The notes: generated from the letters alone by a model not told the origin. A stretch of 64,000 nt of DNA from Verrucomicrobiia bacterium (GCA_041667205.1 JBAYFL010000003.1:126325-190324); one strand, 5' to 3'. Counted from the stretch's first letter, positions 26,677 to 36,337 are shown. Numbers and translations: made by a program.

Positions 26677-28035
26677 GTGAAAAAGGTCTTTATCAAAACC
26701 TATGGCTGCCAGATGAACGAGCGCGACAGCGACGCCGTTGCAGCCATGCTTTGTGACCGCGGTTACACTCTCGCCACATCCGAGCGCGATGCCGATGTCA
26801 TCCTTCTTAACACCTGCTCGGTCCGCGATCTCGCTGAACAGAAGGCGCTCGGCAAGATGGGACTCCTGACGCGCATGAAGCACCGCCGCAGCGATCTCGT
26901 CCTCGGCTTCATGGGTTGCATGGCGCAACGGCTCGGCCCCCAGTTGTTTGACCGCCTGCCCAAAGTGGATCTCGTCATCGGAACGCAAAAGCTCCACCGC
27001 ATTCCCGACCACCTCGACCGCTTTCTCAACAACGGACACCAGCCCATCAGCGACATCGCCGAGGAGGCCGGCAGCGAAAGCGCCATCCGCGACCACGCCA
27101 CTCCCACCGCGCGGCCCACGGCGTTTGTCTCCATCATGCAAGGCTGCGACATGCAGTGCAGCTTTTGTATTGTCCCCGCCACGCGTGGCACCGAGCGCAG
27201 CCGTTCCATCGAAGACATTCTCGCCGAGGTGCGCGCACTCGTCGCCAACGGCGTCAAGGAAGTCACCCTGCTCGGCCAGATCGTCACCAGCTACGGCCGC
27301 AGCCTGATTCCGATCAGCGACGGCAAATCGCCGTTCGTCCAATTGCTCGAAGCGGTCAACGCCGTGCCGGGCCTTGAGCGCATCCGCATCTTCTCGCCGC
27401 ATCCGCAAGGTTTCCGCGACGACCTGATCCGTTGCTATGGCCGGCTGGAGAAGCTTTGCGAGTATGTTCATTTGCCCGTCCAAAGCGGCAGCGACCGTAT
27501 CCTGAAAGCCATGTGCCGCACCTACAGCGTGGACAAATACCGGCGCATCATCGAGAAGCTCCGCGCCCGTGTGCCCGACATCGCGCTCTCCACCGACATC
27601 ATCGTCGGCTTCCCCGGCGAGACCGACGCCGACTTCGCCGCGTCCGTGCAACTCTGCGAGGAGATGGAATACGACAACGTCTTTCTCTTCAAATACTCCA
27701 ACCGCTCCGGCACGCCCGCCGCAGCAATGCCATGCCAGATTCCGCAAGAGGAAATCGTCCGCCGTCACCATCATCTTTGGAAGCTGACCGAAACACATGC
27801 AGCCCGCCGCAACGCCCGACTCGTCGGTCGCGTCGCACCAGTGCTTATCGAGGGCGAACCGAAAAGCAAGAAGGTTGAAGACCGCCTCTTCGGCCGCACG
27901 CGCTGCAACCGCTTGGTCTATTTCCCGGGCGCCGGCTGCCGTCGCGGCCAGTTGCTCGACGTTCGCATCACCCGTTCGAAATCCCACACCCTCTACGGCG
28001 ACCCTGTCCTCCAATCAATGTCCACTGCCCACTAA
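26677..28035 (+). CDS. miaB: tRNA-i6A37 methylthiotransferase MiaB (radical SAM)
   Basis: GTG start giving MKKVFIKTYGCQMNE (MTTase N-domain), radical-SAM 'CDMQCSFC', and a C-terminal TRAM domain. The longer ORF from 26293 is out of context. Confidence 0.85.
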   Translation: MKKVFIKTYGCQMNERDSDAVAAMLCDRGYTLATSERDADVILLNTCSVRDLAEQKALGKMGLLTRMKHRRSDLVLGFMGCMAQRLGPQLFDRLPKVDLVIGTQKLHRIPDHLDRFLNNGHQPISDIAEEAGSESAIRDHATPTARPTAFVSIMQGCDMQCSFCIVPATRGTERSRSIEDILAEVRALVANGVKEVTLLGQIVTSYGRSLIPISDGKSPFVQLLEAVNAVPGLERIRIFSPHPQGFRDDLIRCYGRLEKLCEYVHLPVQSGSDRILKAMCRTYSVDKYRRIIEKLRARVPDIALSTDIIVGFPGETDADFAASVQLCEEMEYDNVFLFKYSNRSGTPAAAMPCQIPQEEIVRRHHHLWKLTETHAARRNARLVGRVAPVLIEGEPKSKKVEDRLFGRTRCNRLVYFPGAGCRRGQLLDVRITRSKSHTLYGDPVLQSMSTAH

Positions 28036-28043
28036 CTACCGCC

Positions 28044-28595
28044 ATGTATCACTACATCCCGCTCAAAGCCGTCGCCATCGCTGTCGGTGCCGCCATCGTC
28101 GCCACGCGTTTGCCCGGTGTGCTGAAACCGCAGGCTTACCGCGACTGGTTGCGCAAGTTCCCGCGCGCCGTCGTGCCCGGCATCGTTTTCCTGAGCATCG
28201 CGCTCGTCTGGTGCCTGTTCATCGTCAACGGTGCCCGCGAGGACGGCATGGCCGTGCCCAAGAACGTCGTCTATCTGTTTCTCATCGGCGTCTACGTCGG
28301 TCTCATCGCACTGAAGTTCGATTTCCTCGCTGTGCGCGGTCTTTCGATCCTGCTGCTGATGATCGCAAAGGTCGTTGTGGATTCTGCCAACCAACTTGAA
28401 ACTCCCTGGCGGCTCGTGATGACCGTCATTGCCTATGTCTGGGCCATCATGGGCATCTGGTTCACCGTCTCGCCCTATCGGATGCGAGACTTAATCGAAT
28501 GGGCCACCGTCACCGATGGACGCCTGCGCACGCTCTCCGCCATCGGCTGCGTGTTCGGCCTGTTCCTCATCGGTCTCGGCTTGTTCGTGTATTGA
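28044..28595 (+). CDS. Hypothetical integral membrane protein (5-6 TM)
   Basis: Hydrophobic segments throughout; no recognisable motif. Confidence 0.45.
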   Translation: MYHYIPLKAVAIAVGAAIVATRLPGVLKPQAYRDWLRKFPRAVVPGIVFLSIALVWCLFIVNGAREDGMAVPKNVVYLFLIGVYVGLIALKFDFLAVRGLSILLLMIAKVVVDSANQLETPWRLVMTVIAYVWAIMGIWFTVSPYRMRDLIEWATVTDGRLRTLSAIGCVFGLFLIGLGLFVY

Positions 28596-28601
28596 TAGCG
28601 A

Positions 28602-29570
28602 ATGTTCTCGCTTCCCGACAATCCCCGCATTCTGGTGATTCGCGGCGGCGCGATTGGCGATTTCATCCTCACCCTCCCGGCCATCGGCGCGCTCCGCCAA
28701 CGCTGGCCGTCCGCGCGGCTGGAAATCCTCGGCTACCCGCGCATCGCCGCGCTCGCCGACGGGCGCTACTACGCCGACGCCGTCCGCTCGATTGACGCCG
28801 CAGCCATGGCACGCTTCTTCGTGCCGGAAGCCGAACTCGATCCGTCGCTCTGCGACTACTTCGCCAGCTTCGACCTCGTCCTCTCCTATCTCTACGACCC
28901 CGACGACATCTTCAGCGCCAACCTCGCCCGCGCCGGCGTTCCCCATCTTCTCCGCGCCTCGGCCAAGCCCGACCGCGAACACGCCGCCGCACACTTCGCC
29001 CGCCCGCTAGCCTCACTGGGCCTCCGCGCCGACCCGCCGCATCCGCGTCTCTACCCCAACGCCGCCGACCGCGCCTTCGCCGAATCCTTCTTCACTCTTC
29101 ACTCTTCACTCTTCACTCTTCACTCTCCCCGTCCCATCGCCCTCCATCCCGGCAGCGGCGGCGAACACAAAGTCTGGCCCGCCGACCGCTGGGCAGCCGT
29201 CATCCGCTGGCTGCGCGAACAACACGGCTGCGACATCCTACTCATCGGCGGCGAAGCTGACGACGCCGCGCGCCGCGCGCTCGCGCCATTCAACCTTCCC
29301 GTTGCGTGGAACCTGCCCCTGCCCCAACTCGCCGCCATCCTCGGACGCTGCGCGCTCTTCGCCGGCCACGACAGCGGCATCACCCATCTGGCCGCCGCCG
29401 TCGGCGTCCCGACGCTCGCGCTTTTCGGACCCACCTCGCCCAACATCTGGGCGCCGCTCGGCCCGCGTGTCCGCGTCGTCACCGCGAACGGCACGATGGA
29501 CACGCTCGCCGTGGAGATGGTGCTTGCGGTATTGCAGGAGGTGTTGCCCAACGTCGGAAAGTCTCGTTGA
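28602..29570 (+). CDS. Glycosyltransferase family 9 (LPS heptosyltransferase-like)
   Basis: 'ILVIRGGAIGDFILTLPAI' N-motif, and C-terminal 'GHDSGITHLAAAVGVPTLALFGPT' typical of RfaF/WaaC-type GT-B enzymes. Confidence 0.7.
   Translation: MFSLPDNPRILVIRGGAIGDFILTLPAIGALRQRWPSARLEILGYPRIAALADGRYYADAVRSIDAAAMARFFVPEAELDPSLCDYFASFDLVLSYLYDPDDIFSANLARAGVPHLLRASAKPDREHAAAHFARPLASLGLRADPPHPRLYPNAADRAFAESFFTLHSSLFTLHSPRPIALHPGSGGEHKVWPADRWAAVIRWLREQHGCDILLIGGEADDAARRALAPFNLPVAWNLPLPQLAAILGRCALFAGHDSGITHLAAAVGVPTLALFGPTSPNIWAPLGPRVRVVTANGTMDTLAVEMVLAVLQEVLPNVGKSR
29088..29127. repeat. Heptanucleotide tandem repeat (TTCACTC)x5.5 inside the GT9 coding sequence
   Basis: Five perfect units at 29091-29125 with partial flanking units. 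Encodes 'SFFTLHSSLFTLHS'. Confidence 0.85.
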
Positions 29571-29685
29571 GGATTCGGTAGAATGGATGTCCACATCCGT
29601 TCGTCGTAGTTGCAGACGTTCGCCACCGTCTACCAACGGGCTTGGAAGCCCGTTCTACGCTACGAACAAAAGCTCTCCGCCGCCG

Positions 29686-30972
29686 TTACTTCGTCCAGCC
29701 GAGTTTGTTGTTCAGCCGCGCTTTGTGGTAGGCGACGCGCTCCGCGTTGCTCATGCGACCGAAGTCGGGCGAGCCGTCGGGGAACATCGGCCATGAGGTG
29801 ACGGCCGCAGCCGGTGCATACACACTCGCCTTGGCCGTGTCGCGCTGTAGCGGCGGTCTCTGACCGCCGGTTGTCCCAAGTTTCTTTGAGACGGTGACGG
29901 TGGTCGGGCCAGCGTAACTCATCGAGGTGTCGGTGAGCTGCATGTCCTCGTCCAACGGCCGCTGCGGCTTGATGCCAAGCCCTTGCAGAACGCCATGGTA
30001 GGCGCGCACGGCTTCCTCCGGTTGCACCTGGCCGTCCACGATCCGCCGCAGCATCTCGATGAACGCAAGCTGGTGCTCGGCGTTGTTGATCTTCCTGCCG
30101 AAGAGCGCAACGCGCGCGCCGTATTTCTGCGCCTCGGCAATGAGCTTGAAGGCGTCATAGGTGGTGCCTGCGCCACCGCCGAGGATTCCCACCGGCAGGC
30201 TCGGATCGTAGGCGGCAAGTTCCTCGGTGAGCTTCGGACCGTGATAGACCATCTTCAAAAACACCGGCCGGCCACGCTCCGTGACGCCCGCCAGCGAACG
30301 AACAATGCTGTCGTTGACGAACGCGCCAAGCTTCTCCGGCGCGAGGCCGCTGTCCACGTTCGGGTCGAAGATTTCGAGGAAGTAACGGAAGCCCTTCCGC
30401 TCCGCCTCCTCACGGAACTCCTTGAACTCGCGCAGCGACTGCATGTCGCGATGGATGCAGTTGACGAAGGTGACCGAATAGAGGCCGAGGTTCGCGCCAA
30501 GGACGCGTTCCTTCGGCTCGCACTCGACCTTGCCGCACTGGATATGGTCAATCGTCGCGCTGCGGAACGGCCGCGAGGCCTCGCCCACGTAACGGCCACC
30601 GCGCACGACCCAGATGTCGGTGGTATCGTTGGCTCGCGCCGCGGGCGTGATGTGGCTGTTGTCGAAAAGGCGCTCCTTGATGGTGAGCCGCTCGTTGGTC
30701 GAGGCGGACATCAACATGATGTCAATCAGCCCCTGTCGCGTCACCTCGCGGATCAACTCGCAGAAATCCTCCACCGTTCGATACTTCGCCTCGTCGGGGC
30801 GGAACGCCTCCGGCGACTTCAACGCGCGCATGCGGGGGTCGCTCGGACTGAGGCGGCCGAACGATTCGACGCCACGCGCCATGTCGGGATCCTTGGCGTC
30901 GGCAATAATGAACGTCCGCGTCTGCGGGTTGCTGCGGATTTCCGCCAGCTTGGTATCGAGTGATTTTTGCAT
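29686..30972 (-). CDS. Class I aldolase superfamily (LacD/FbaB/LsrF-like) TIM-barrel protein; last gene of the BMC operon
   Basis: 'FIIADAKD' beta1-Asp motif, 'PVFLKMVY' candidate Schiff-base Lys strand and 'GARVALFGRKI' C-motif parallel those of LsrF/YihT. Start chosen at MQKSLD. Confidence 0.45.
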   Translation of the reverse strand: MQKSLDTKLAEIRSNPQTRTFIIADAKDPDMARGVESFGRLSPSDPRMRALKSPEAFRPDEAKYRTVEDFCELIREVTRQGLIDIMLMSASTNERLTIKERLFDNSHITPAARANDTTDIWVVRGGRYVGEASRPFRSATIDHIQCGKVECEPKERVLGANLGLYSVTFVNCIHRDMQSLREFKEFREEAERKGFRYFLEIFDPNVDSGLAPEKLGAFVNDSIVRSLAGVTERGRPVFLKMVYHGPKLTEELAAYDPSLPVGILGGGAGTTYDAFKLIAEAQKYGARVALFGRKINNAEHQLAFIEMLRRIVDGQVQPEEAVRAYHGVLQGLGIKPQRPLDEDMQLTDTSMSYAGPTTVTVSKKLGTTGGQRPPLQRDTAKASVYAPAAAVTSWPMFPDGSPDFGRMSNAERVAYHKARLNNKLGWTK

Positions 30973-31070
30973 TTGGGAACCGTGGCTCGCGATTCGCAAT
31001 TTGCAATCCGTGGCCCTGACAACCGCCACCGCTCGAATCACAAATCACGTATCGCGAGCCACAATCATCC

Positions 31071-32129
31071 TTACTTGTTCAGCGCCTTCATGACTTCTTC
31101 GGTCACAATCTTCACGATCGAATCCAAATCCGGCGACTGCGCCGATCCTTCGCCGGGATTTGCGCAAACCACGCCGGGCCGGAACTCGCACGCGCAGTAG
31201 TCCGCTTCCTTCAAACCAGTGCGTTCGTCAGGCAGACCGAGGCCCTGTTTGATCTTCAGCAGGTCGCCGATCTTGCTGCTCGGAATCTGCGTAAACGCCG
31301 AGCCGAGGTGCGACGCGATGACGACCGTGCGGCAATACGCGTCCACGATCTCCATGAACCAGTAGGCCTTCTCCAACTCCTCGTTCCACGTAAGGACGCC
31401 GTGGTTCTGCAGCAGGATGCAGTTGTGGTCCTTGCAATACGGCAGGACCGTCTCCGCGAATGCCTTCGTGCCCGGCGTCTCGTATTGCGCCTTCGCGACC
31501 GTGCCGACAAGCACTTCCATCTCCGGAATCATGCAGCGCGGCACCTCCGCGCCCGTGATGGCAAATGCCGTCGCGTGCGGTGGGTGCGCGTGGACGCAGG
31601 CGCGGGCCTTTGGCTGCGCCTTCATCGCTTCGAGGTGCAGGTAAATCTCGCTGGTGCGCTTGGCTGTGCCGGCGAGCTGGTTGCCGTCGAGATCCACCAT
31701 GCAGATGTCCTCGACGCGCATGATTCCTTTGCTCACCAGCGTCGGCGTGCAAAGCACTTCGTTTGGGCCGATGCGGACGCTGACGTTGCCGCCGTTGCCG
31801 TCCACGTATTCGCGCTTCCAGAGCCGGTGCGAAACGCTAACGATGTGCTCCTTGATACGCTGAGCCTCCGGCGAGTTGAACAGCTTCACGTGCTCCGGCT
31901 TCCACTTCGGTGTGGCCGCCGCGGGCGCGGGCGCACCATAGGGATCGCCGCCGTTCGAGCCGGCACTGCTCGCAGAAGCAGAAACCCCGTCGAACTGGAT
32001 CGTGACGCCGATGCTGCGCAGAAAATCCTTCGCCGAAGGCGTAACAATGGCGTCGGCCGGCGCGGCGAACGTCTTCGCTCCGCTGGCTTTCAGGTGGGTG
32101 ACATCTTTGAGTGCGATGACTTGTTTCAT
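31071..32129 (-). CDS. Class II aldolase (fuculose/rhamnulose-1-phosphate aldolase-like) with extra N-terminal domain and C-terminal encapsulation peptide
   Basis: 'GNGGNVSVRI', 'HAHPPHATAFA', 'LQNHGVLTW' class II aldolase/adducin motifs; a C-terminal amphipathic 'DLDSIVKIVTEEVMKALNK'. Confidence 0.8.
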   Translation of the reverse strand: MKQVIALKDVTHLKASGAKTFAAPADAIVTPSAKDFLRSIGVTIQFDGVSASASSAGSNGGDPYGAPAPAAATPKWKPEHVKLFNSPEAQRIKEHIVSVSHRLWKREYVDGNGGNVSVRIGPNEVLCTPTLVSKGIMRVEDICMVDLDGNQLAGTAKRTSEIYLHLEAMKAQPKARACVHAHPPHATAFAITGAEVPRCMIPEMEVLVGTVAKAQYETPGTKAFAETVLPYCKDHNCILLQNHGVLTWNEELEKAYWFMEIVDAYCRTVVIASHLGSAFTQIPSSKIGDLLKIKQGLGLPDERTGLKEADYCACEFRPGVVCANPGEGSAQSPDLDSIVKIVTEEVMKALNK

Positions 32130-32419
32130 GATTTCTTTGGCGGCATGTAATTGATTGTGTCCACGATAAGCGCGTTGTAAGCGTCAATCGGGCTTTCTTG
32201 TTCAAATGGCTGCGCGGCCTCGCGGCCCTCGACGTAACCGATGATGTTGCCGGTGCCCGCGCCGAGATTGTCGTAGCACACCAGCGACGGTTCCGTTGGC
32301 TGACCCTTGCCAGCGAGCGCCTCGCGGTTCAACGGCTGCACGACAAGCCAGCGGCCGCCGGTGAACGAATCCACCTGCCGTGACAACGTCACTTTGCCGA
32401 TGACCTTGCCGAGTTTCAT
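32126..32419 (-). CDS. BMC vertex protein (BMC-P, EutN/CcmL/PduN family)
   Basis: 'MKLGKVIGKVTLSR...' EutN-type N-terminus; approximately 97 aa. Confidence 0.8.
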   Translation of the reverse strand: MKLGKVIGKVTLSRQVDSFTGGRWLVVQPLNREALAGKGQPTEPSLVCYDNLGAGTGNIIGYVEGREAAQPFEQESPIDAYNALIVDTINYMPPKKS

Positions 32420-32673
32420 GTGTCTATGATCCCGATGACGCTGTTCCGAATCGGCGTCTTGCGGCAGTTCAACAACTCCGTCGCGTGTTTGCCGTCGGTC
32501 GTCACCATGACGCGCGAGTGAAGCCCCGAGCCGAGCGGGTCAATCGCTATCGTCGGCGAACCGATTTCCACGCCGTCCGCCGTGATAGGCTGGCAAATCA
32601 CGAACCGCCATCCGTGTGCACTCTTGTGCTTTACGGTGGCCGTCACATTGCCATCTACGCGACAGAGCATCAT
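32416..32673 (-). CDS. BMC vertex protein (BMC-P) paralog
   Basis: 85 aa, 'MMLCRVDGNVTATVKHKS' EutN-like. Confidence 0.7.
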   Translation of the reverse strand: MMLCRVDGNVTATVKHKSAHGWRFVICQPITADGVEIGSPTIAIDPLGSGLHSRVMVTTDGKHATELLNCRKTPIRNSVIGIIDT

Positions 32674-32676
32674 GGT

Positions 32677-34146
32677 TTAGTAAATCCTCAACGAACCGGA
32701 CATCGTCAATCGGCGGAACCGAGTGTAAGTGAGCGGCGTCGTAATGCCCTCGCCGGTCGGCGTCGCGATGGAGTAGCTCAGGTAGCCTTCGCCACCGCCG
32801 CCGAGACCGGCGGTGCAAGGGCCGTTCGCGACAAAGATCGTCGTGTTCATCACCCGCGCCATCTCGGTGATCGTGTCGAGATTGCGGGAGTGAATGATCG
32901 CCGTGTGCCGGTAGTTGTGCTCGGCATGCTTCGACCGCTCAATGCCCTCGGCCGCGTCGCGCACGCGCACGACCGGCACGAACGGCATCATCTGCTCTTC
33001 CTCGACGAACGCGTGGTCCGCGTCCGTCTCGCCGAAGAGCAGCTCGCAACCGGACGGCACGTTCGCGCCGGCGGACTGCGCCAGCACGCTCACGTCCTTG
33101 CCGACGAGCTTCTTGTTCAACACCGGATGCGGACAGCCTGCGCCCTGGCCTTTTTCAAAAGTGAAAGCGTCTTTTGTCAGCGCCTCGATTTGCTGCGCAT
33201 TCAACTCGAACGCGCCGGCTTTCTTGAACGCCGCAATGAACCCGTTCCAAGCCTTGGCGGTGACAAAGATTTCCTTCTCACCGATGCAGAGCAGATTGTT
33301 GTCGTAACCGCCGCCGGCGATGATGCCCTTCGCGGCGTTATCGAAATCAGCTGTCTCATCCACCACGACGGGCGGATTGCCAGGGCCAGCGCAGATCGCG
33401 CGCTTGCCGGACGCCATCGCGGCCTTCACGACTGCCGGGCCGCCGGTCACGCACAGCAACGCGATATTCTGGTTGCTGCAAATCGCCTTGAAGCTCTCCA
33501 TCGTCGGCGGTTCAGCCGTGCAAAGCAGGTTCTCGATGCCGAGCGCGCCATGAATCGCCTCGTTGAACGCGCGCACCGCCATCGCCGCGCACTTGCTGGC
33601 AGCGGGGTGCGTGTTGAACACGACGGCGTTACCGGCGGAGACCATGTTGATCGCGTTGCAGCCGAGCGTAGGGATCGAGTGAGTCGAGGGCGTAATCGCG
33701 CCGATGACGCCGAACGGCGCGCACTCGTCAATCGTCGCACCGTTGTCGCCGGTCATCGCGACCCGGCGCAGAAAGTCCACGCCGGGAACTTTCTTCAGCA
33801 CCTTCAGCTTCTCGATCTTATGGTCAAGTCGACCAATTTTCGTCTCTTCCAACTCGATCCGGCCCCACGACTCCGCGTTCTTTTCGCAGAGCGTCTTGAC
33901 AATTTCCTCGACCTTGCGGCGGCCTTCAACTCCAGCCTTCGCAAGCTGCTTCTGCGCATGCGCAGCGGCTTCGCAGGCTTCGTTCGCGTCCGCGAAGATG
34001 CCGAAGCGGTTCGGCGCTCCAGCCTTCCGCGCAGACGGGCCGTGCGACGCCGGAGCAGGCGCTGCGGACATCGGCTGCTTCAGGCGGGCGATGACGTCCT
34101 GAACCAGATCGCGTATCTGTTGTTCGTTAATCGCAGGTGCGCTCAT
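32677..34146 (-). CDS. CoA-acylating aldehyde dehydrogenase (PduP/EutE family) with N-terminal encapsulation peptide
   Basis: N-terminal amphipathic 'INEQQIRDLVQDVIARL' plus an Ala/Pro linker, and catalytic Cys region 'LLCIGEKE'. Length and family fit PduP-like enzymes. Confidence 0.85.
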   Translation of the reverse strand: MSAPAINEQQIRDLVQDVIARLKQPMSAAPAPASHGPSARKAGAPNRFGIFADANEACEAAAHAQKQLAKAGVEGRRKVEEIVKTLCEKNAESWGRIELEETKIGRLDHKIEKLKVLKKVPGVDFLRRVAMTGDNGATIDECAPFGVIGAITPSTHSIPTLGCNAINMVSAGNAVVFNTHPAASKCAAMAVRAFNEAIHGALGIENLLCTAEPPTMESFKAICSNQNIALLCVTGGPAVVKAAMASGKRAICAGPGNPPVVVDETADFDNAAKGIIAGGGYDNNLLCIGEKEIFVTAKAWNGFIAAFKKAGAFELNAQQIEALTKDAFTFEKGQGAGCPHPVLNKKLVGKDVSVLAQSAGANVPSGCELLFGETDADHAFVEEEQMMPFVPVVRVRDAAEGIERSKHAEHNYRHTAIIHSRNLDTITEMARVMNTTIFVANGPCTAGLGGGGEGYLSYSIATPTGEGITTPLTYTRFRRLTMSGSLRIY

Positions 34147-34156
34147 GTTGTTTCAA

Positions 34157-34468
34157 TCACTTGCCGGTTTTGAAGATGATCTTGCCACCAACGTCCACGG
34201 CATCCACGATGCCGACAACGACCGCGTCCACCGGCGCGTCCTTCAGGCCATTAGCAAGCCGGGCGGAACTGCCCTGGCAAAACATCACCATCTCGTCCTC
34301 GCCTGCGCCGACGCTGTCCACCGCCACAATGGTGTTCACGCCGGGTTTGAGCTTCGTGTGGTCCTTGTCGTCCACGAGCATGGGCCGAAGGATGAGCAGC
34401 TTGCGGCCGAGCATCTTCGGGTCCTTCTTCGTGGCAACAACCGAGCCTTCAACTTTAGCCAAAAACAT
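34157..34468 (-). CDS. BMC vertex protein (BMC-P) paralog
   Basis: 'MFLAKVEGSVVATKK' EutN/CcmL N-terminus. Confidence 0.75.
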   Translation of the reverse strand: MFLAKVEGSVVATKKDPKMLGRKLLILRPMLVDDKDHTKLKPGVNTIVAVDSVGAGEDEMVMFCQGSSARLANGLKDAPVDAVVVGIVDAVDVGGKIIFKTGK

Positions 34469-34541
34469 AAGGCCTCCGGGTTAATACGTAATGCGCAATA
34501 CGTAAGTTCTGCCTTACGCATTACTCGTTACGTATCACGCT

Positions 34542-34832
34542 TTACTTCTTCGATGATGCCGCGATCTTCGGCAGCACCACGCTGGTTTCCTCGTGCGGAC
34601 GAGCGATGACGTGGACGCTGACGACCTGGCCAATGGCCTTGGCCGCTTGAGCGCCCGCGTCGGTCGCCGCTTTGACAGCGGCAACATCGCCAACCACAAC
34701 GGCGGTCACGAGGCCGCTGCCGACCTTTTCCATGCCGACGAGTTTGACGTTGGCGGCCTTGAGCATTGCGTCCGTCGCCTCGACGAGCGCCACCAAGCCC
34801 TTTGTTTCAATCATTCCAATTGCATCTGCCAT
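34542..34832 (-). CDS. BMC-H hexameric shell protein (PduA/EutM family)
   Basis: '[25 protein letters not shown]...GDVAAVKAA' canonical BMC domain. Confidence 0.85.
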   Translation of the reverse strand: MADAIGMIETKGLVALVEATDAMLKAANVKLVGMEKVGSGLVTAVVVGDVAAVKAATDAGAQAAKAIGQVVSVHVIARPHEETSVVLPKIAASSKK

Positions 34833-34861
34833 GTTCGTTCTCCTGTTCTATCTTTCTTTGG

Positions 34862-35983
34862 CTACTTCCTGCTTTCCAAAAGTTTTTTCACTTCGCGCGC
34901 CACGACAATTTCCTCGTTCGTCGGCACAACCATGATCTTCGCGCGCGAATCGGTCGTGCTGATGACTGTTTCCTGTCCTCGCTGATGAGCCGCGTTCTTT
35001 GCCGGATCGAGCCGGATGCCAAACCAATCGAGGTTGGCGCAAACCATTTCGCGCAACTGCGCCTGATTTTCGCCAATGCCGGCCGTGAACACGATGGCAT
35101 CGGCGCCGTTGAGCTGAACGAGGTAAGCCCCGATCCAGTGCCGGATGCTGTGCGCAAACACTTCCATCGCTAACTTCGCCCGCGCGTTACCTTGCTCGGC
35201 GGCGGTCGCGATATCGCGCACGTCGTTCGAGACGCCGCTGATGCCGAGCAGACCGCCTTCCTTGTTCATCGAACGGACAATCTGGTCAATCGTCAGCCCG
35301 TGCGTCTTCATCAGGAACGGAATCGCAAACGCGTCCAACTCGCCCACCCGGTTGTTGTGCGGCAGACCGGACTGCGGGCTCATGCCGAGCGAGTTGCCGA
35401 CGCCGCGGTTGCCGTGCGTCGCGCCGATGCTGTTGCTGCCGCCAAGGTGACACGAGATCACGCGGAGGTCGCTGCCACCGAGCAGTTTTGCAACGCGCTC
35501 GGCGATGTAGCGATGACTCGCGCCGTGAAACCCATAGGGCCGCACGCCCCAATCGGTCCATTGCTGCGGCACGGCATAACGCTTCGCCGCCTCTGGAGCA
35601 TTGACCCACCACGCCGTCTCAAACAACCCAACCATCGGCGTTCGCGGCAGCTTCTCACGGAACTTGCGGATACCGGCGATGTAAGGCGGGTTATGCGACG
35701 GCGCCACCTCGTTCATCTCCTCCATCGCCTTTAGCACGTCCTCGGTCAGCTCTGCGCAACCGAGAACGCCCTTGGCCAGCACGGTCTTGAAACCAACTGC
35801 CGTCAACTCCTGCAAGCGCGGGAGCACGCCGCTGGCTTTCATTTCCGCGAGCGACTTCTCGATCGCGTCGCCGTAATCGGTAACGCGCTCGAAGCCGCCC
35901 TTGGCCAGCGTCGCCTCCGTCGTCATGTCGAGCAGACGATACTTGAAGGAGGTCGAGCCGATGTTGGCGATAAGGATTTTCAT
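34862..35983 (-). CDS. ackA: Acetate/propionate kinase
   Basis: Start MKILIANIGSTSFKYRL with an AGGAG RBS (the longer ORF from 36052 is an extension). 'GFHGASHRY' motif. Confidence 0.85.
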   Translation of the reverse strand: MKILIANIGSTSFKYRLLDMTTEATLAKGGFERVTDYGDAIEKSLAEMKASGVLPRLQELTAVGFKTVLAKGVLGCAELTEDVLKAMEEMNEVAPSHNPPYIAGIRKFREKLPRTPMVGLFETAWWVNAPEAAKRYAVPQQWTDWGVRPYGFHGASHRYIAERVAKLLGGSDLRVISCHLGGSNSIGATHGNRGVGNSLGMSPQSGLPHNNRVGELDAFAIPFLMKTHGLTIDQIVRSMNKEGGLLGISGVSNDVRDIATAAEQGNARAKLAMEVFAHSIRHWIGAYLVQLNGADAIVFTAGIGENQAQLREMVCANLDWFGIRLDPAKNAAHQRGQETVISTTDSRAKIMVVPTNEEIVVAREVKKLLESRK

Positions 35984-36055
35984 TGCTCCTGAACGCGAAA
36001 GACGCCTGGCACCGTGACCTTCACAGCGCCGCGCTTCCTCTAACGTCAACAAGCC

Positions 36056-36337
36056 TTACGCTGAAATCCACTTGCCGAGACCGGGCAATTCCTCGTGCGG
36101 GCGCGGAATGACGTGCACGCTGACGACCTCGCCCACCTGGGCTGCCGCAGCCGCGCCGGCGTCCACAGCGGCCTTCACCGCCGCCACGTCGCCCTTGAAG
36201 AATGCCGCGACCAGACCCGAACCGACTTTTTCCCAGCCGGTGAGTTGGACGTTGGCGGCCTTCAACGCTGCGTCGCATCCTTCGAGCAACGCCGTGAGAC
36301 CCTTCGTTTCGATCATACCAATTGCTTGCAGTGCCAT
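36056..36337 (-). CDS. BMC-H shell protein
   Basis: Start [13 protein letters not shown] with an AAGGAGA RBS; canonical BMC domain. Confidence 0.85.
   Translation of the reverse strand: MALQAIGMIETKGLTALLEGCDAALKAANVQLTGWEKVGSGLVAAFFKGDVAAVKAAVDAGAAAAAQVGEVVSVHVIPRPHEELPGLGKWISA

Noticed and set aside
32485-34173. 562-aa plus-strand ORF across the BMC aldehyde DH / BMC-P genes
   Set aside because: It is antisense to well-supported genes and its translation is low-complexity.
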